A stretch of DNA of 60,549 nucleotides, filler included, from Sphacelaria rigidula (Eukaryota), in NCBI GenBank assembly GCA_964200075.2. It is 6 parts of 6 records of this genome, joined end to end, with 100 filler letters (N's around TTAATTAATTAA, not from the genome) between each part and the next. Parts side by side here need not be neighbours in the genome. Positions count along the whole stretch, not along the records: positions 40,438 to 50,443 come from CAXNAA020007329.1; positions 50,544 to 60,549 come from CAXNAA020007330.1; 4 more parts are not named here. The stretch is one strand, 5' to 3'. Positions 47,401 through 60,417 of this stretch are shown here, in pieces. The position numbers and the translations under genes were made by a program. How positions within the stretch are numbered: position 1 is the first letter of the stretch; every line of letters begins with the position of its first letter. Below the pieces are notes generated by a model. The model ran no database searches and had not been told where the DNA came from. It saw only the letters and a program-made list of their open reading frames with translations.

Positions 47401-48969
47401 AGGAACCCACGAACTTCATACCACGAGATGGAGTATTCTGTCCACGACGTTGTTCCTGCAGGGTCGTGAGCCCTCCCTCTACAGGCCTATGTGGAAATGA
47501 ACTCAATTGGTAGGCGTTCTTTGCACACGCTTCTTCAGCACTTCTTACACGCCACAATTCCGCACAGCTTGAGCTTGCTAACCACACGCTTTTCGTCGTT
47601 GAAACGTCATCTACAGGCAATGTTGGATCAACGTGACTTCACCGGCAAGGCAGCTTTGCACCACGCTGTAACTGACATCGAGGAGCGGCACAAAGTCCTC
47701 CGATCTCTATTGGCCGCTAAAGCACAGGTGCTGTTGTCTACATTTTCTTGCGGGTGTTAATTTCTCCAAATTATTTTTAAATGTCCTAACGTCGCACCCC
47801 TCCGAAGAAATTGATCTTGGAGCTCAAAGCGAGAGTGCTATTATGCTGCAATATACCGCTGCAACTTTGCAAAAACGCTGACACTATGAGGGTTATGTAA
47901 GTCGGCGAAAGTACCGGTTGCCCAAATTGTGATTTTTTCATCGAGATGCCTGTCGTGACTTGTAGTACATCATCTAGATTTTCTCGGTGACACTGCAAGG
48001 GTTATGCAAGCCGGCACAGGTACCGGTTGCCCATATCGCAACTTTTTTCACGAACATACCTGTCGTTCATTGTATTAAAAGTGCAACATCTAGCTTCTCT
48101 TGGCGGAGCCTTCGCACTACTACAGTACTCCCAACCCATATCCGGGTTCCGAATTTTGCGAGCTCGGGATGAAGCCTCTGCATCAAGTGTTTCATGATAG
48201 CCCCCTACTGTGGAGGTGTTCATATGTCGTCAGCAAACCCTTATCAGACGTGTTCCCTTCTGCTAGGATTTCCGTCGCTATCGGTAAACAAGAATCTAGA
48301 TACTGTTAATAGCTGTCAAGTGCTGCAACCCTGTATCGGGAAACACGGGGAATTCCATTTTGTGGTCGTCGAAAAGTAATCGAATCAATGTGCATTCTAT
48401 GGCCACCTGATATTGGCCTGAATGATTGCTTATCGCATATTTACCAGTACGGGAGCGATTCAGACGTGGTTTTCAGACCAGGGTACTCAAGGAAAGCCAA
48501 ACAGGAAAACTCGGTGAAGGAAACTTGAGAAGGGAACATATGGAGAAGGATAAGACAACCGAGATAAAGTGAACGAAAGCTAAAGACAAAACGCAACGAA
48601 ACAAGGAGAAGTGGAAAGAGGAGAAAAACATGAAAAACCGGTGCCGACGAAAAGTATTTTTACAGTTGACGAGAGATGGTCGGCCTCTGCAGCATGGCTT
48701 CAGGTACAAGGTTCGTGCAAGAACAAAGACTGCGCTGAAGGTATATCATCGAATGAACAACGCAAGCGATCGTATTCCGACACAGGGCCAAACGTTGTCA
48801 TCATCCACTCCGCTGTGACTGGGTCAACTTTGTTGAAATTACCGCGATTGATTTCGTTGATTGCAGGTCAACATAAGGGACTCCAAGGGCAACTCGCCCC
48901 TGCACATTGCTTGTCAGTACGGACACGTGGATGTTGTCAAAACCCTCATCAAGTACAGCGCCAACACTG
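41412..48969 (+). CDS. Ankyrin-repeat protein (internal exons)
   Basis: Phase-0 exons 42233-42346 (...DGRTSLMTAVIDNNE), 43792-43929 (ALVERLLAEGVDIALVDTQSRTALLHSV...), 47617-47727 (...DFTGKAALHHAV...) and 48867-48969 (VNIRDSKGNSPLHIACQYGHVDVVKTLIKYSAN) give four ankyrin repeats. The upstream exon 41412-41498 is less certain. Confidence 0.9.
44592..44701. mobile_element. 110-bp palindromic MITE with CACGG termini (CMC superfamily-like)
   Basis: 54-bp arms at 44592-44645 and 44648-44701 with a 2-nt loop. CA flanks both ends. Confidence 0.7.
44941..45044 (-). repeat. Mini family-B unit (79-nt period) with terminal redundancy
   Basis: ACGATAG plus a G-run at 44941 and again at 45020. Body GTACTCATTTGTTGCTTGCCTTAGTCGT...TTTCGAGACGGAGCA is shared with 21469-21532. 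Confidence 0.8.
46656..46888. mobile_element. MITE with TGT...ACA TIRs and internal TTAGGG-like repeats
   Basis: ~35-bp TIRs (TGTAATGCRTGAGAGGACCGC), ATAT on both flanks, degenerate GGGTTA array at 46735-46780, and a 16-bp subterminal tandem repeat. Confidence 0.85.
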
Positions 48970-50370
48970 GTGAGTGATCTATTAAAAGCTGGAGTTTCTT
49001 ATGCAGAAATACCACACGTATCGATGTTGCACCTGCCGATGATGAATATCGTTCAATCACGGTCAGTCAAGGAGACCTTGCAGCGCGGTAGCCCTGAAGG
49101 TTTTGGATGAATCGAACGCCGGTAACGTGTGATTAAACGGGGATTATACGGTGTTACCGATGGTGCAAAATCACATGTCGAGGATTCCACATCGCTCCAC
49201 GCGCTTCGCCCTGCACGAACAGATAGCTACTGGTACACTCCCAGGGTTTCTTTGAAAACATGCTTATTGATCGTGCGAGCTTCTGATCTAGCATCGGCAT
49301 TTTTCAATACTTTCCAAATATCTGGCTTACAGTGCATTTTCCATGTGTTCATGTTCCTGAATCAGTTCAAAGATAGTAAGAGGAGACTTTCGACTGTACC
49401 CTGCTTTTCAAAGATAGTCGTGTATAATTATGTTCGACAGAACGGATCATGCGACTCCCGTACCGGCCAGAAAAACTCATCCGAACCGAGTTTCCATGTC
49501 AAAAACCTGCTCGCGGCGTAAGGAGGGTGTGTCGTTGTAGCGTGTGCCTTTGCGGAATAAGAAAGTTTCGTTGGACGCACATTACTCGTTCGGGGCATGC
49601 GTCGCTCATGTCAACCAGTTCATATATCACTTGACAGAATTACACGCGTCTCTTTTTTCTGGTGCACGACTGTGTATACGACATTATTGCCCGTCTATTC
49701 TGTCGCCCACTTGAACGAAGGGCATATGCCCTATGCAAAAATGGCAATGTGAGAGTTCCACTCTTGCCGTCTGATTTGAAGTTTCAAAATGATCATGTCA
49801 GCGTTGTGCCCGGGTCAAATACAGTTACGTACAAGGTGTACCTTCTGCCGTCGGGGTAAAGGATGTTCATGTGAGAGTTATGTCCGGTTCGGAGACAGTA
49901 ATGCGAGAGCTTGGCTTACGTATGAATACTCTCGGTCATTTTGTCTAGAGGAATCCTGGCGGCTGGCCACGATGCAAACCTTCTGCCTCATACAGATATG
50001 AATGTAATCGGATAGCGGAAAAGAACCGCGTCTCACTAATGCAAGGTTCGGACGAATCATCGCCGGTTCAAATCACCAAATCCACGATTTTTGAGGCCTG
50101 ACCTCTCGAATAGAAATAAAAAAAAGTGACCGCTGGTCGCGAAGATCTCCACGCAATTGTTGCGCTATTTCACGTGCCTGGGGTGCGCATACCTTGAACG
50201 CAGGGCTGTAAGTTAAGCCCAAGGATTGACTCTTACGGTACGGATCAATTCCACCAGAATCGAGTAATTTCCGGACGAAACATTAATTTGCCTGACCGGT
50301 GCAGTAATACACCACCAAAATATCTGCTTGGTTTATAAAAGCTCCAGTCCGTGGATGCTTCTTGAGGTAA

Positions 50371-50381
50371 TATTTTTGTCG

Positions 50382-50426
<45 letters not shown>

Positions 50427-50431
50427 TTGTT
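50371..50431. repeat. (TTG)n microsatellite at contig end
   Basis: Directly visible. Confidence 0.95.
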
Positions 50432-50443
50432 CGAGAGGTCAGG

Positions 50444-50543
50444 NNNNNNNNNNNNNNNNNNNNNNNNNNNNNNNNNNNNNNNNNNNNTTAATTAATTAAN
50501 NNNNNNNNNNNNNNNNNNNNNNNNNNNNNNNNNNNNNNNNNNN
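50444..50543. other. Artificial contig spacer
   Basis: Ns with TTAATTAATTAA. Confidence 0.99.
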
Positions 50544-52153
50544 CGCGGGTCGCCCATGAGTTTCGATGACGGGGGCGGGAACCTCCTGGAAAATATTAAA
50601 TACGAATATGGTATGATACGTGGGTGAGAGAATGGGGGGGTGGGGAGGGGGAAGAGTATTTCTTGAACGTGATGTGCATAAAACGCAGCAGCAGAGTTTT
50701 CAAAGAGTTGTTCCGCCAATTCTCGTAGTGATGTCGAATTCGTCCTCGATTGGACGTTTTTTCATTAAATCGGCCCATATAGCGATAATATTTTTTTTCA
50801 TGCCGGTGTACGGTAGACCACATCCTAACAGCCCACCATTCTTCTCGAATAGCAACGATTGGAATGCGTTCTCTTTCATGGCGTGTCGATGAGTGATGCC
50901 GTGATAGTCCCCTCCAGAAAAGTGGCTGGCTCGAGGATGCAAAATCTACATACGAACCAAAATGAGAGACGTCGAGCACACCGAGCAGCTGGTATATGTG
51001 CCACGCGTGGGATTGTTTCCGCCGATGTCGCCCATATGAGGCTCTTCACGCCGTTTGAAACCAGCTATCATGCGCTGCATGGCTATTTAATTTGTGACAG
51101 TGTCGGAGCTGGTTTTGGGGGGGGTCTATCACGACATCACTCCGATACACACACTGGAGCAGCATATCAAGTCTTGAGGCACCATAAAATCGTGGCCATC
51201 CCACTAATACTGATGGTGTCGGTTAGCAACTTTCAAATCCAGATATCCAATCGAGGCTCGAGCGACCTGAAAATTTACCGCCTGTCATCACCGGCAGCAG
51301 CATGATGGCACGGGTCATATAATACCCCAAGACGTCATAATATGCTCTCCCAATAGGTGTGTCGGTACGCTCTGTGAGAGAGCTAGCTCCAGGCGGCGCT
51401 ACGTGTCGGGCTATGGCGCAGCGGTATCCAAACACAAAACAATCGCCACGTGGGTTGATCTGCGGTTTTGACAAATATCGGTGGAGAACAAAACCCGCAT
51501 CTCTGTAAGATATTACCTTCGTTTACAGTCGTCTAGAGGGCTGCCAGGAGCGAGTTCCGGAAAGGAGAGCTAGCTGCTGAGAGGGGCGTGGGGTAGTTTG
51601 TTAAAAGTGGCGGCGGGAAGAGGGAAGCACGAATGCTAGACGGAAATATGACGCCCAGTTCAGAGAGTTGCTTCATCATGCAGTTTGTCTTACACAGCAG
51701 GTGCGTTTCGACTAGCTCGGCAGTGCGGTGGTGCACCCCTGGACAGGCGTATGCGGCCCCACCACTTGTTTCGACACACTTTTGAATCGGCGATATTCGA
51801 TGTGTTAACACCCCGGCGAATCACAGACGCGCTGTGTCCACCGACCATTCGCACATAGGTCATCAATAACACACGAGCGAGTGGCCAACCGATTTACGAC
51901 TACACGTTCCATGCAAAGCACGAGGTTTCCTTTCCCATTTCCTCCACGCCCTCCACATTCTCCATCTCTTCCCCCGTAGCAATCTTGGAAGCGGCCCCAC
52001 CGAGCCGTCCCCCTCGCCACCAACGGTTTGAACAAATGAACGAACCGCGCCATCTCTGTCGCCGCGAAGTCTCAAAGACGCTCGAACCCCCGCCTTCCCC
52101 TCCCCCCACATAACGCATTACACAAAAAGCCTTGAGTTCTCTGATTCACACAC

Positions 52154-55100
52154 CTGAATCGCCGTCGTTGCAACGTTGGCGTTGAGCCACACGCGAAGCA
52201 TTCGTGCCTCAGCCTCATCCGCACCTCCCGCATAGCCCGGTGCAGATAAATCAACTCCTGCATCCACCCCGCCTTCGGGTATCATGCTCCCAGCGGTATT
52301 GTTGTTGACACCATAATCACCGGCGGTGGGTGTAACTGCAGTCGTAGCTGAAGCTGCTGCAGTGGTGCCGGCGCCAGCTACATTGTTGTTGTTCCCGCCT
52401 CCCTCCGGAGGCACAGATGGTGCCGCTTTTTGTCCTTCGGTTAATGAGATGTCTTGTGTCAAGCTTGCGTTCGAGGCGTTGGTTGCTTGTTTTGCCTGGG
52501 AGGGGATTTGTCCACAAAAAACGTTATTGAAGAAGGTGAGAAGCAGTATGCGCTATTGCTGCGGATAGTGGTATCGGTAATGACAGTACTGATGTCAAGA
52601 CGCCTGGTCAGTTTGTTCAATGTGTGAATAAAAAAAGTAGAAAGTCATAACTGGTAATCACCGCATCCTCCCAGCACGTTTGGTTCCATCCGTGTGTGCT
52701 CACTTACAGTAGTGATTGCTACAGGGGATCGCGGAAGGTAGACAGACAATGATGAGGGAAAGAGAGTGCCTGGCTGGCTATTTATCGTGTTTAACCAGTA
52801 GGGTAGGGCGTTTCTCGCGAACAGTGTCCATGATAAACCGACTGTTTGGGGGAGAACACACGTATACTGCACACGTACAGCGTCATTTCGATTGATGCTG
52901 ATACAATCGAAATTAGTGCACACAAGAAGCCTGCTGTTCTTGTTTCCCACGAGGTCTATAACAATGACGGAAATGGTTGCAGTAGTACCTTCGCCCTCGC
53001 TCGCTTAGCCTGTCGATCTTTAAATTCTTTCGCCTCCTGAGCCTTGATCTGTGCGTCATTCATGAACTGCACAGATCTGCCGTCTCTCGCCCAAAAGTCA
53101 AATCTGCAAGAAAGATGGATAGATAAGGTAGACAGATGAAGAGCAAGATAGACAAGAACAAAGCGTAGTACAGTAGTATCAGGGATAGTAGTGCTCGTAA
53201 AAGTCTACGAGAAATGCTAGCGAAAGCAGCATTATTCGTTAATTTTATGCATCGCGCGACACGTTTGATTGTTTCACATACACTTGAGCTTAACACATAC
53301 AGAAGAGTAAGGCACATACATTCATATTCGAGTAATAAGGCGAGATAACTGTCCTAGTAGAAACCTAAGTCCGTGTGAAAAAATATCCGCACTCCTTCAC
53401 CCCTTAAAGTGCAACGTACCGACCGCGATATGCCCGTACGAAGGGAAAGTTGGTGAGCAGGCAGTTATCCGCGCAGCCCCTGATCGGCAACGGGTAGTGA
53501 CCTCCGTCAGCATCGAAAACGTCGAGCACGCAGGTGAACGACACAGGTTTTGCTGAACGGAAGCTAATTTCCACTGGAATTTTCTCCATTCCTGCCCCCA
53601 GCTGTTTTAGTGTGTGCGCGCGTGTGTGGTTGGGTTTCCAAACCAGAGGCGGAAGCAAAAGGTCGTTCAGGGGTTGTCGCTGTCATGTTGTATGGAGAGC
53701 CCGATGGAGAAGTGACTCGATGAATAGATAGATGCATGATAGAGTAAGACCACGAGTTTTGCTTTCATCAGGCGGGTCCGTTAAAAGAGGCAAGAGTGTA
53801 GTACCCTCTTCGTCTCTTTTTTGTGTTATTGAAAACTTCTTTCAAGTCGACGACTCCGCGCAAATCATTCGAAGCTTTTTCGTCACTCACCACCCTGCCC
53901 CCCCCTACCCTGCGTTCTCTTTCACGTGGGGCTGCGTTACCTGTGCGTATGTTCATGTTTCACGGCGGGGGAAATGAGCCGTTTGACACGCTACAACAAC
54001 ACAGGTATTCCTGCCGACACGAGGTTCGGCTTCACAAGTGCAACAAAACGCAGGTGCGAGATATTACCCGTATTGAAATATGCACATTCTGGGTCCGCTC
54101 GATTTAAGTGAAACCGGTTACTCATTATTCTGCAGGGTACCTGGCAATCGTGGTCCTCGTTTCCTCAGGCGATAGCAAAATAATGAGTTCCAAATCTTGA
54201 CTGCAAAACAAAGTGTCCACGTGCAGAGGACATACGACGGTGCTGTTTGAAATACGAAGACCAATACTGCGCGTATTTTGCATAATGTGCTGCGATGTGA
54301 ATTTGTCCGAGAACCAGATGCGGGCAATATTTTACTTGAAAATAGGTGCACAGGATCAAGTGTCTTTCTTTCTCTGCCTGCACCACTGTAATGTATATGC
54401 GGACCGCGTGCTTTTTGGACCGCGTCGGATTTCAAAACATCCCGGGACTGACGTTTCTCAAGACCGCTCGGGCCAATCCCTGCATGGACCGCGTCCCTGA
54501 TCGTAACCCTAACACTAAGCCTAAGCCAAAGCCTAACCCTAACCCTAACCCTAACCCTAACCATAGGGGTGTTTAAACTCTGATGTGATCCAAAAACCAC
54601 GCGGTCCACAGATGCATTACACCTGTCTCCGTGTCTGTCTGCCGCTACCTCCGGTGTCATCTATCGATTGTTGTATGGCAGTACACCAGTGCTCGTGCCT
54701 ATACATTATCGGGAGGTTGCACGCAACAAGTATCACGTTATATTCAGTACATGTCATAGCACAGCGCCCGTATAGTACATGTATACGCATATGCAGGTAT
54801 ATCGCAGAGACGTATCGGGCGAATCAGAAAACAGAAAAAAAAGCAGGTCCATCTATGGCTTCATCACAGGCCCTTCGGCAACTGTTGCATCATCTCCCGT
54901 TGTTGAAAAAAGAGCTAGATGGCGTTCGTTTCCTTGTATCGACCATGGATCTAATATTGAATATATGCACCCCTGTTTTCTCTTCATCACACATTCGAGC
55001 CCCCCGCGCGCGATCCTTGAGTTGAGTCCATGGTCACAAGGGATCAACAGATCTTACTCCTATACATGCTTTGGAGCTGTCATCAGTCATTGGGTCAGCT

Positions 55101-58100
55101 CCCCCTCTCCCCGTGAAATTTCATCGAATCTCAATTTTGCCATTTCGCGACAACTCGACTCCAACGGCGGAAACGTTATTCTATATGAGCAGATAACACC
55201 TGTCGGGATTCGAGTTCACCAAATCCACCCAAAACGGCAATCGGAGAGCCAATTTGACCATCGTGGTGACACGGAATACGCTCAAGATATTGAGATCTTT
55301 GTTTGTGTGTAACATTCATATCTTTCGTGATGGCAGACCAAGACCAAACCACCGCGGAAACCGAATACACAAGACGGTGTATCAGTATTCCAAAAGACGT
55401 TTCTTACGAGCGTAAATCTAAAGAGGGGGTAGAGTGAACAGCGTGATGAATATTCAGAGGCATGTGGTCGACAGGAGGAGTGCCGACTCGCTGAATGAAT
55501 GCGGCTTACGTTTTCAGAAGCAAGTACTACGGACTATTGAGAAACGAGCGCTTTTACGGTAGGGGTGCCCATTTGTTTTCTGAGGCTCTGCACTTCGGGA
55601 GCCTTTTCATGACAAACATCTGGGCCTTAGTGTGCAGCCTCAGACAACTTTTGGGCTAAAAAGAACACCTCTACTATAGAATTACTCAAGCATGGAGGCG
55701 ACCTCCAGTTTCATGTCAAGGCGCGGCTGTTTGTGGTCGGAGTACCTGCTGTCCCTCGGGGAAAGCCACCGCCAAATCCACTGGGCAATACTGCGGCAAG
55801 CGGTACGAGACTTCCATATCACTGAAACCCGAGTTGGTCACTTGAAACATGGCCCTAGATGTCACCGACAAGGGCACAACAGGGAGCTCCACCGGCATCC
55901 TGGAGAATGACAAGCAAGGATATACTCCGAATCCCTGTGGGGAACGAGCATCCATCGGAGGTGAAGGCGGGCGGAGGGGGAAGAGTAGTAGAGAGTGTTG
56001 AAATCTTTCAAACCGCGGACTGTTGTGCATAGTAGTAGGCGAAGTGAAACGCTCACGCTCAGTACTTAAGAGAGATAGGTCGAATATGGTGGTAGACACG
56101 ATACGTTCTTCAATGAAGAGCTGCGTCACGGATGACGGTAGACACAGAATATATGTTAGACCGTTTCAAGCACCAGGGGTGATTTTGGACGTTGTCTAGG
56201 GTATGTTTCACCGTTTCACTTGGTACGTGTGGCACTCTTGTACTGATTTTCTGGCTCGCGGCACTTTAAACGTCGTAGGAATCAATATCGTCTTATACGA
56301 GCGAGAAACCTTCTTACGCGATGACACCGCAAAAAAACAATGTGACTCGTCCCAGGAACGATAGTAACCAGGACATTGGAGTTCTTTCTTGTAACTCCAT
56401 TTCGACGTACAATGTATATCTGCGCATACGCATGCTGCCCAGATTTGAGTGGCTGGAGTCCAGTTAAGAGCAGGTAGCGTTCGCGGTATGTTGTGCTTCT
56501 CTTTATATTCTAGCCTGAAGGAGTGCTCGACCTTACCACGGAGATGGCACGACAAAAGGAACTATGTACCCCGTAAACCGAGACGCAAACACAGAATATC
56601 TACAGGGTCACCATTCGGAGCTCCGGCTCGTACAAACTGATTTTCCAAGGCTTATCGTCCGACGCTCATCTCTTTGGTTCAAGTAAATTTTCATGAGTTT
56701 ATTTCTCCATATTTGAAGCTAAAATTATCAGATTAGAGGGTGAAGTGCGGCTGACATTTATACACAGCGTAATTGTGTGAAAAAGTACGCTAACTTGTTA
56801 CGTACAAAAAAGAAGAAGGAATATGTATGTACCTCCGGACATTACGTGAAGATCCCTTAAGTTGGAGAAGAGGAACTTGACCAGAACCTGTTGGTGTGTA
56901 GGCACAGACGGGTGTATGCAGAGCTACCGCCGGGGTGCACAATCTGGCATCTGTGTACAGTGCAGCTGCCGAGAACATTCTGATTTTATTCTTTATAAAC
57001 CTGGGATATGTACTGCAAGACAACGGCGAGAACCCCATTGTCCAAGATTTTTCCTAATGAGTTCGTTCGGATACTCTTGTTTTGCTCTGTTTTGTTTCGT
57101 TTTACGCGTGCCATGGGTGAGATAGATATACATGTACTTGTCAAAAGAGTGTTTGCTCGTAACTCGGTCGGATGAGTGATCGCTGATACATGTCTATAGG
57201 TGCAGGTTTCAAATACACTTCTGAAGAGTCAACTTAGGCGCGATCAGATTATTTCGTCGCGTACAACAGTCACTGATACGTTTAATTGTTCAACGATAGA
57301 GTGTACTCATGATATTGCATGCCATTGTCAAATGACCGTTGACTTCGTATTCCTCCAAAGCCGGGACGGAGCACGCCGGGTTTTCGCCGGACCAGGCTCG
57401 CAATCAATCACCAAGTGCGAAGCGCCGTGATGTGTTCAGCGAGTCGCACGAAGGGTGAGCTGCATCCTGCTAAGATTGTCCGGCCCGAAGCGTACTGATC
57501 ATCTTGAAGTCGGATGACAGCCTACAATGAGTTGGTTAATTTTCTGGTGCCGCCACTTCCAGAGACCGCCATACGGCTAACACGCTGCTTCATGGATGTC
57601 TCACCATCGTTCAACGAGAGGGGGCGGGGTAAAACTAAACATTTTGTTCTTGCATGGTGAGCCGAGCGGCGTTCTCACTTTTTCCCGTTGTCAACGAATC
57701 GAAATACAAGATGTGTTGTGTGAGACAACACTTCATCCTTCCGTCCGACTGAACACATCTCGATGACTTTGTGCGAGCTTGTTCGACGGAACAACTACGG
57801 TCTAAACTTAGACAATACCATAGGAAATAAGGTTGAGACTGTGATGTTGGTGCGTATCCCCCCCCACCACCCACCCACCCACCCATTAGGCAGTGTGCAA
57901 GCCGTGGCTATCTCCGGAAATGGCGATCCCAGAAGATGAAGCAACTCATTGTAGGCTAGCATCCATACGCAAGATAAGCAGTACGCCCTGGGCCGAAAAA
58001 TCTCAGCAGGATGCAGCTCACCCTTTGTGCAACTCGCCGAATACATCACGACGCTTCGCGCCTGGTGAACGTGAGCCTGTTCCGACGAGAACCCAGCGTG

Positions 58101-60417
58101 CTCCGTCCCGGCTTTGAAGGGGTGCGAGGTCACTGGTGATATGACTATGGCCTGTACGATCATGAGTATACCCCCCACCTCTATCGTGGAACGACTCAGT
58201 CATCATCACAATAAATGTATATTGACAACGCAGAAGAGCACGGGAGCGACACACACAGTAGGTCCTAAACTTAACTTCTAGATGGCACACATATTATGCC
58301 GTACTATGCCGGATGATGGCGATACGGACAGGTTGGCTGGGACAAACAAAACGATCTGACAGACGGATGATCTTTTGATTTATTTCTTGAAAAAAACGTT
58401 CACACACGCTTCTCACCCGTGCAGTGTTATCAGCAGATCCTCGAGCCTTCCCTCCACAAAGAACATTTTGAACATTCCATAGCATATACCGAAAGGTGTA
58501 GACTGACGTCCAGAATAGATGGGATGACAACACACACACACTCACAGCATGAAAAAAACACCGCCACCACATTCCCAATGTACGCTGATAACACCACCAC
58601 ACAAAAAGGTATCTACTCGTCACTGCGGACCACCTCAGGGCGACCGCCGGGCCGCTACCCGCCGCCGCTACAACCAAACGACAAAAACAAATCCATGGCA
58701 TACTCCATTCAGCTTCCTTCACGTATGATATAATACAGAATCGGTTGTCAATTACAACAATCAAGACACTCACATGCACGTTCAGCGTAAGGTATGGCCG
58801 TGCGCCTCGCTTCGGCAGCTTCGACGCAAGCCACACCGGTAGCGCAAATGACAAAACCCCAGCCCTCTTGGGCGTGAACGTTAGCCTTATCCTTGCCTCT
58901 TCGCCAGGAGCAAGGTTTCCCTCAGTGGGGCTGACGTACAACGCGGGCGTTACAGGGCCTGCGGGTTCGGCATTATTTTGGGGTGGAGGGAGGACGGACA
59001 TCCCCGTACCCTCCACGCCGTCCGCTTCTGGTCCCGTCCCTCTCAGGTATCCGTCGTCCATTATCCAATTCAGTCCCTGGTGGTGGTGGGGAGGGGGGTT
59101 CCAAGCATTTGTCATTATTATGCGAAAGTCGTATGTTAGAATGCTGATATTGGGTAGAGCGAGGCTTCGTGGCGTTTGCACAAATATCAGTCGTCCGGAC
59201 ACAACGCAAGCATATACTTCACATCCCTCATACTTACAGGCCAACCCCTCAAACGAGTCGAGTGGAAGAAGGGTCGGCACGGGGGTGGGTATACACGAGA
59301 CAAAGGTAACCCTGAATCGATAAAAAAAAACAATCGTAGCGTAACTGCAGTGAATACATCAAAACCAGGCGGGGCACCAGAAAACACGCCGACTGCTCCT
59401 AATGATTGCCCGTATGCCCAAGCAACACCGAAGGCGAACCCAAAACCATAACCAGAAAACAGAATATCTCGTCGGCAAACGCCTTACACCCCAAAACACC
59501 GAAACGACGGTGATTGACCGACGAGACGGATTGAGTGATCGACGGAGTGATTGCTTGATCGTTGCGCACGAACTGACCCGCCGCAAACTCCGCTGTGATC
59601 ACGAGATCGGCGTACCCTAGACAAGTAAATAATAACCCTCATCGATGGCGACACGACACTCCGGAAGAGGGGTCGAATGAAAATAAATACAGAGAAACGG
59701 TCATAGGGGTAGAGTCAACTGACAAGTAGGGGGAAAGAGAAGGGATATGAGGAAATTGCTAAGCTGATATTCGTACCAATCCCGAGGAAACCCCCTACAG
59801 TTCCCTGGGAGGGCTTCCTGTCAGGCGATCGATAGTACAGAAGACAGGAGTGCGGAAGCAGGCTGCGAGTCAGCTACCTGGAGATTCCATCATCTGGGCA
59901 TGGTTTATCACCCGTCAGCTCCAAAGGAGCGAGACATACCAGTGTCATCGGCTCAGAGAGAGGGGAGAGAGGCGGTAGAGCAAAGGCGACTGAAAAGAAC
60001 GGAAAGGAAACGAAGAAAAATATCACGAAAAATGGGGGGGAAACGGGCTAAAGACGAGAAAAAAAATAGAAGGGAAGGGATCAAGAAAGAGGGCGAAAGG
60101 GGAAAAAGGCAGCCAAATAAGGGAAGGACGTGAAGGGGCATTTACTCTACCTTCTCCGAGGCGTTCCTTAGGAGGAACTCTCCCTGGTATTGCTTCAGCG
60201 CGCACGGATCGCGACTGACCACGCGGGACCCAAAATCAACCACTGTGCTCGCAAATGTTAATGTCGGTTTCAGTGCCACCGCCGTTACTTGGAGACGCAA
60301 GCGAGTTACGTGCTCGGGCGGTATGCCCTCCAGAGACATCGGGAGCTCAAAGATGTGTTCACCAGGACGCTCTGGACGGTAGACCAGGTTGAAAGATAGC
60401 CTGTCGCCAGCTGCCAC
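52154..60417 (-). CDS. CFAP47: Cilia- and flagella-associated protein 47-like (ASH/Ig-like domains), internal exons
   Basis: Phase-consistent exons 60417-60151, 59076-58774, 55934-55746, 53601-53420, 53103-52989 and 52495-52154. Motifs: KPTLTFASTVVDFG, VSPTEGNLAPGEEARIRLTFTP, GVYPCLSF..VELPVVPL, SFRSAKPVSFT...GCADNCLLT. Confidence 0.8.
54387..54621. mobile_element. Second telomere-repeat MITE in the opposite orientation
   Basis: TIRs TGTAATGTATATGCGGACCGCGTG and CACGCGGTCCACAGATGCATTACA. (CCCTAA)n at 54504-54562. Interior is colinear with 46656-46888. Confidence 0.85.
55010..55260 (-). mobile_element. Degenerate tRNA-SINE family 2 copy
   Basis: GAGTCCATGGTCACAAGGGATCA matches 38794-38816. 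Box B-like CTCGAATCCC on the minus strand near 55210. Confidence 0.5.
57288..57617 (-). repeat. Family-B full monomer (321-nt period)
   Basis: GTTCAACGA is repeated at 57288-57296 and 57609-57617. The body is reverse-complementary to 240-545. Confidence 0.8.
57885..58190 (+). repeat. Family-B copy, inverted relative to 57288-57617
   Basis: GCGTGCTCCGTCCCGGCTTTGAAGGGG...GATCATGAGTATACCCCCCACCTCTATCGTGG. Confidence 0.8.
58478..58545 (+). mobile_element. 3' fragment of SINE family 1 with a (CA)n tail
   Basis: GGTGTAGACTGACGTCCAGAATAGATGGGATGACAACACACACAC is nearly identical to 18531-18577. Confidence 0.8.

Noticed and set aside
54504-54562. True telomere
   Set aside because: Short, degenerate, internal to a contig and enclosed by TIRs.
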